Part shown: positions 32,287 through 32,360 of the stretch, one piece after another
Numbering within the stretch: position 1 is the stretch's first letter
How the letters are laid out: the number at the start of each line of letters is the position of its first letter
Assembly (NCBI GenBank): GCA_964529125.1
Contig: CAZGUN010000001.1
Location: 1-32,360 of the forward strand
Origin: an uncultured Candidatus Saccharibacteria bacterium
GTDB taxonomy: Bacteria > Patescibacteriota > WWE3 > UBA101185 > UBA10185
DNA length: 32,360 bases
Direction: 5' to 3'
Translations under genes and position numbers: made by a program
The notes under the pieces: model-generated
What the model was told of the DNA's origin: nothing
The model's input: the letters and a program-made list of their open reading frames with translations, nothing else
Databases searched by the model: none

Positions 32287-32315
32287 ATTATCGAGGTTAT
32301 GATACTACGAGTCAA
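32287..32315 (-). promoter_or_regulatory. Putative promoter of the pilin operon (TTGACT-17 nt-GATAAT)
   Basis: On the minus strand TTGACT lies at 32315..32310 and GATAAT at 32292..32287. The -10 ends 8 nt before GTG 32278 and 14 nt before ATG 32272. Confidence 0.45.
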
Positions 32316-32360
32316 GTATCCCCACTTTTCATAGCATTTTTTCTCATAACGTTTGCGCTA

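Noticed and set aside
22575-32315. The T4SS-like locus, considered as an integrative conjugative element or genomic island.
   Set aside because: I saw no integrase, relaxase, transposase, flanking tRNA or direct repeats in the window. The composition looks similar to the neighbouring core genes by eye, though I did not compute it. I therefore kept it as a chromosomal system, but the right-hand boundary lies outside the window.

Overview
This is a compact, almost fully coding bacterial chromosome segment with no rRNA, tRNA, CRISPR, transposase or integrase that I could see. The gene content suggests a reduced-genome, Gram-positive-like bacterium, plausibly Candidate Phyla Radiation (Patescibacteria). 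The pointers are a DUF4012 fusion protein, archaeal-type ProRS, a short ValRS, MurT/GatD, many 4-nt gene overlaps and a T4SS-pilin family. This taxonomic call is inference and is not verified.

Bases 1-17.7 kb are housekeeping and envelope genes: groEL 3' end, rnhA, a Wzz-like protein, an SDR-TM-DUF4012 fusion, rplY, valS, proS, a greA-like gene, tsaD, an orphan solute-binding lipoprotein, an O-antigen-ligase-like protein and gatD-murT.

Bases 17.7-22.6 kb are the replication-origin region. DnaA-box clusters flank dnaA on both sides. The divergent rpmH-rnpA-yidD-yidC-jag operon is followed directly by dnaN.

Bases 22.6-32.3 kb hold the most interesting content, a chromosomal, apparently relaxase-less type IV secretion / conjugative-pilus-like locus. 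It encodes:
- a VirB4 ATPase with a Pro/Gln-rich tail;
- a stand-alone protein resembling a VirB4 N-terminal domain;
- a PrgI/VirB3-like protein fused to a beta-sandwich domain;
- a VirB6/TrbL-like polytopic protein;
- a divergently transcribed 677-aa orphan membrane protein;
- four tandem, divergent TrbC/VirB2-like pilin paralogs.

One pilin paralog carries an N-terminal six-cysteine module whose spacing matches the cysteine-stabilised alpha/beta (defensin) signature. Several operon-leading genes have -10 hexamers only 6-9 nt upstream of the start codon, which suggests leaderless transcripts. All family assignments come from motif recognition by eye. No database search was possible.
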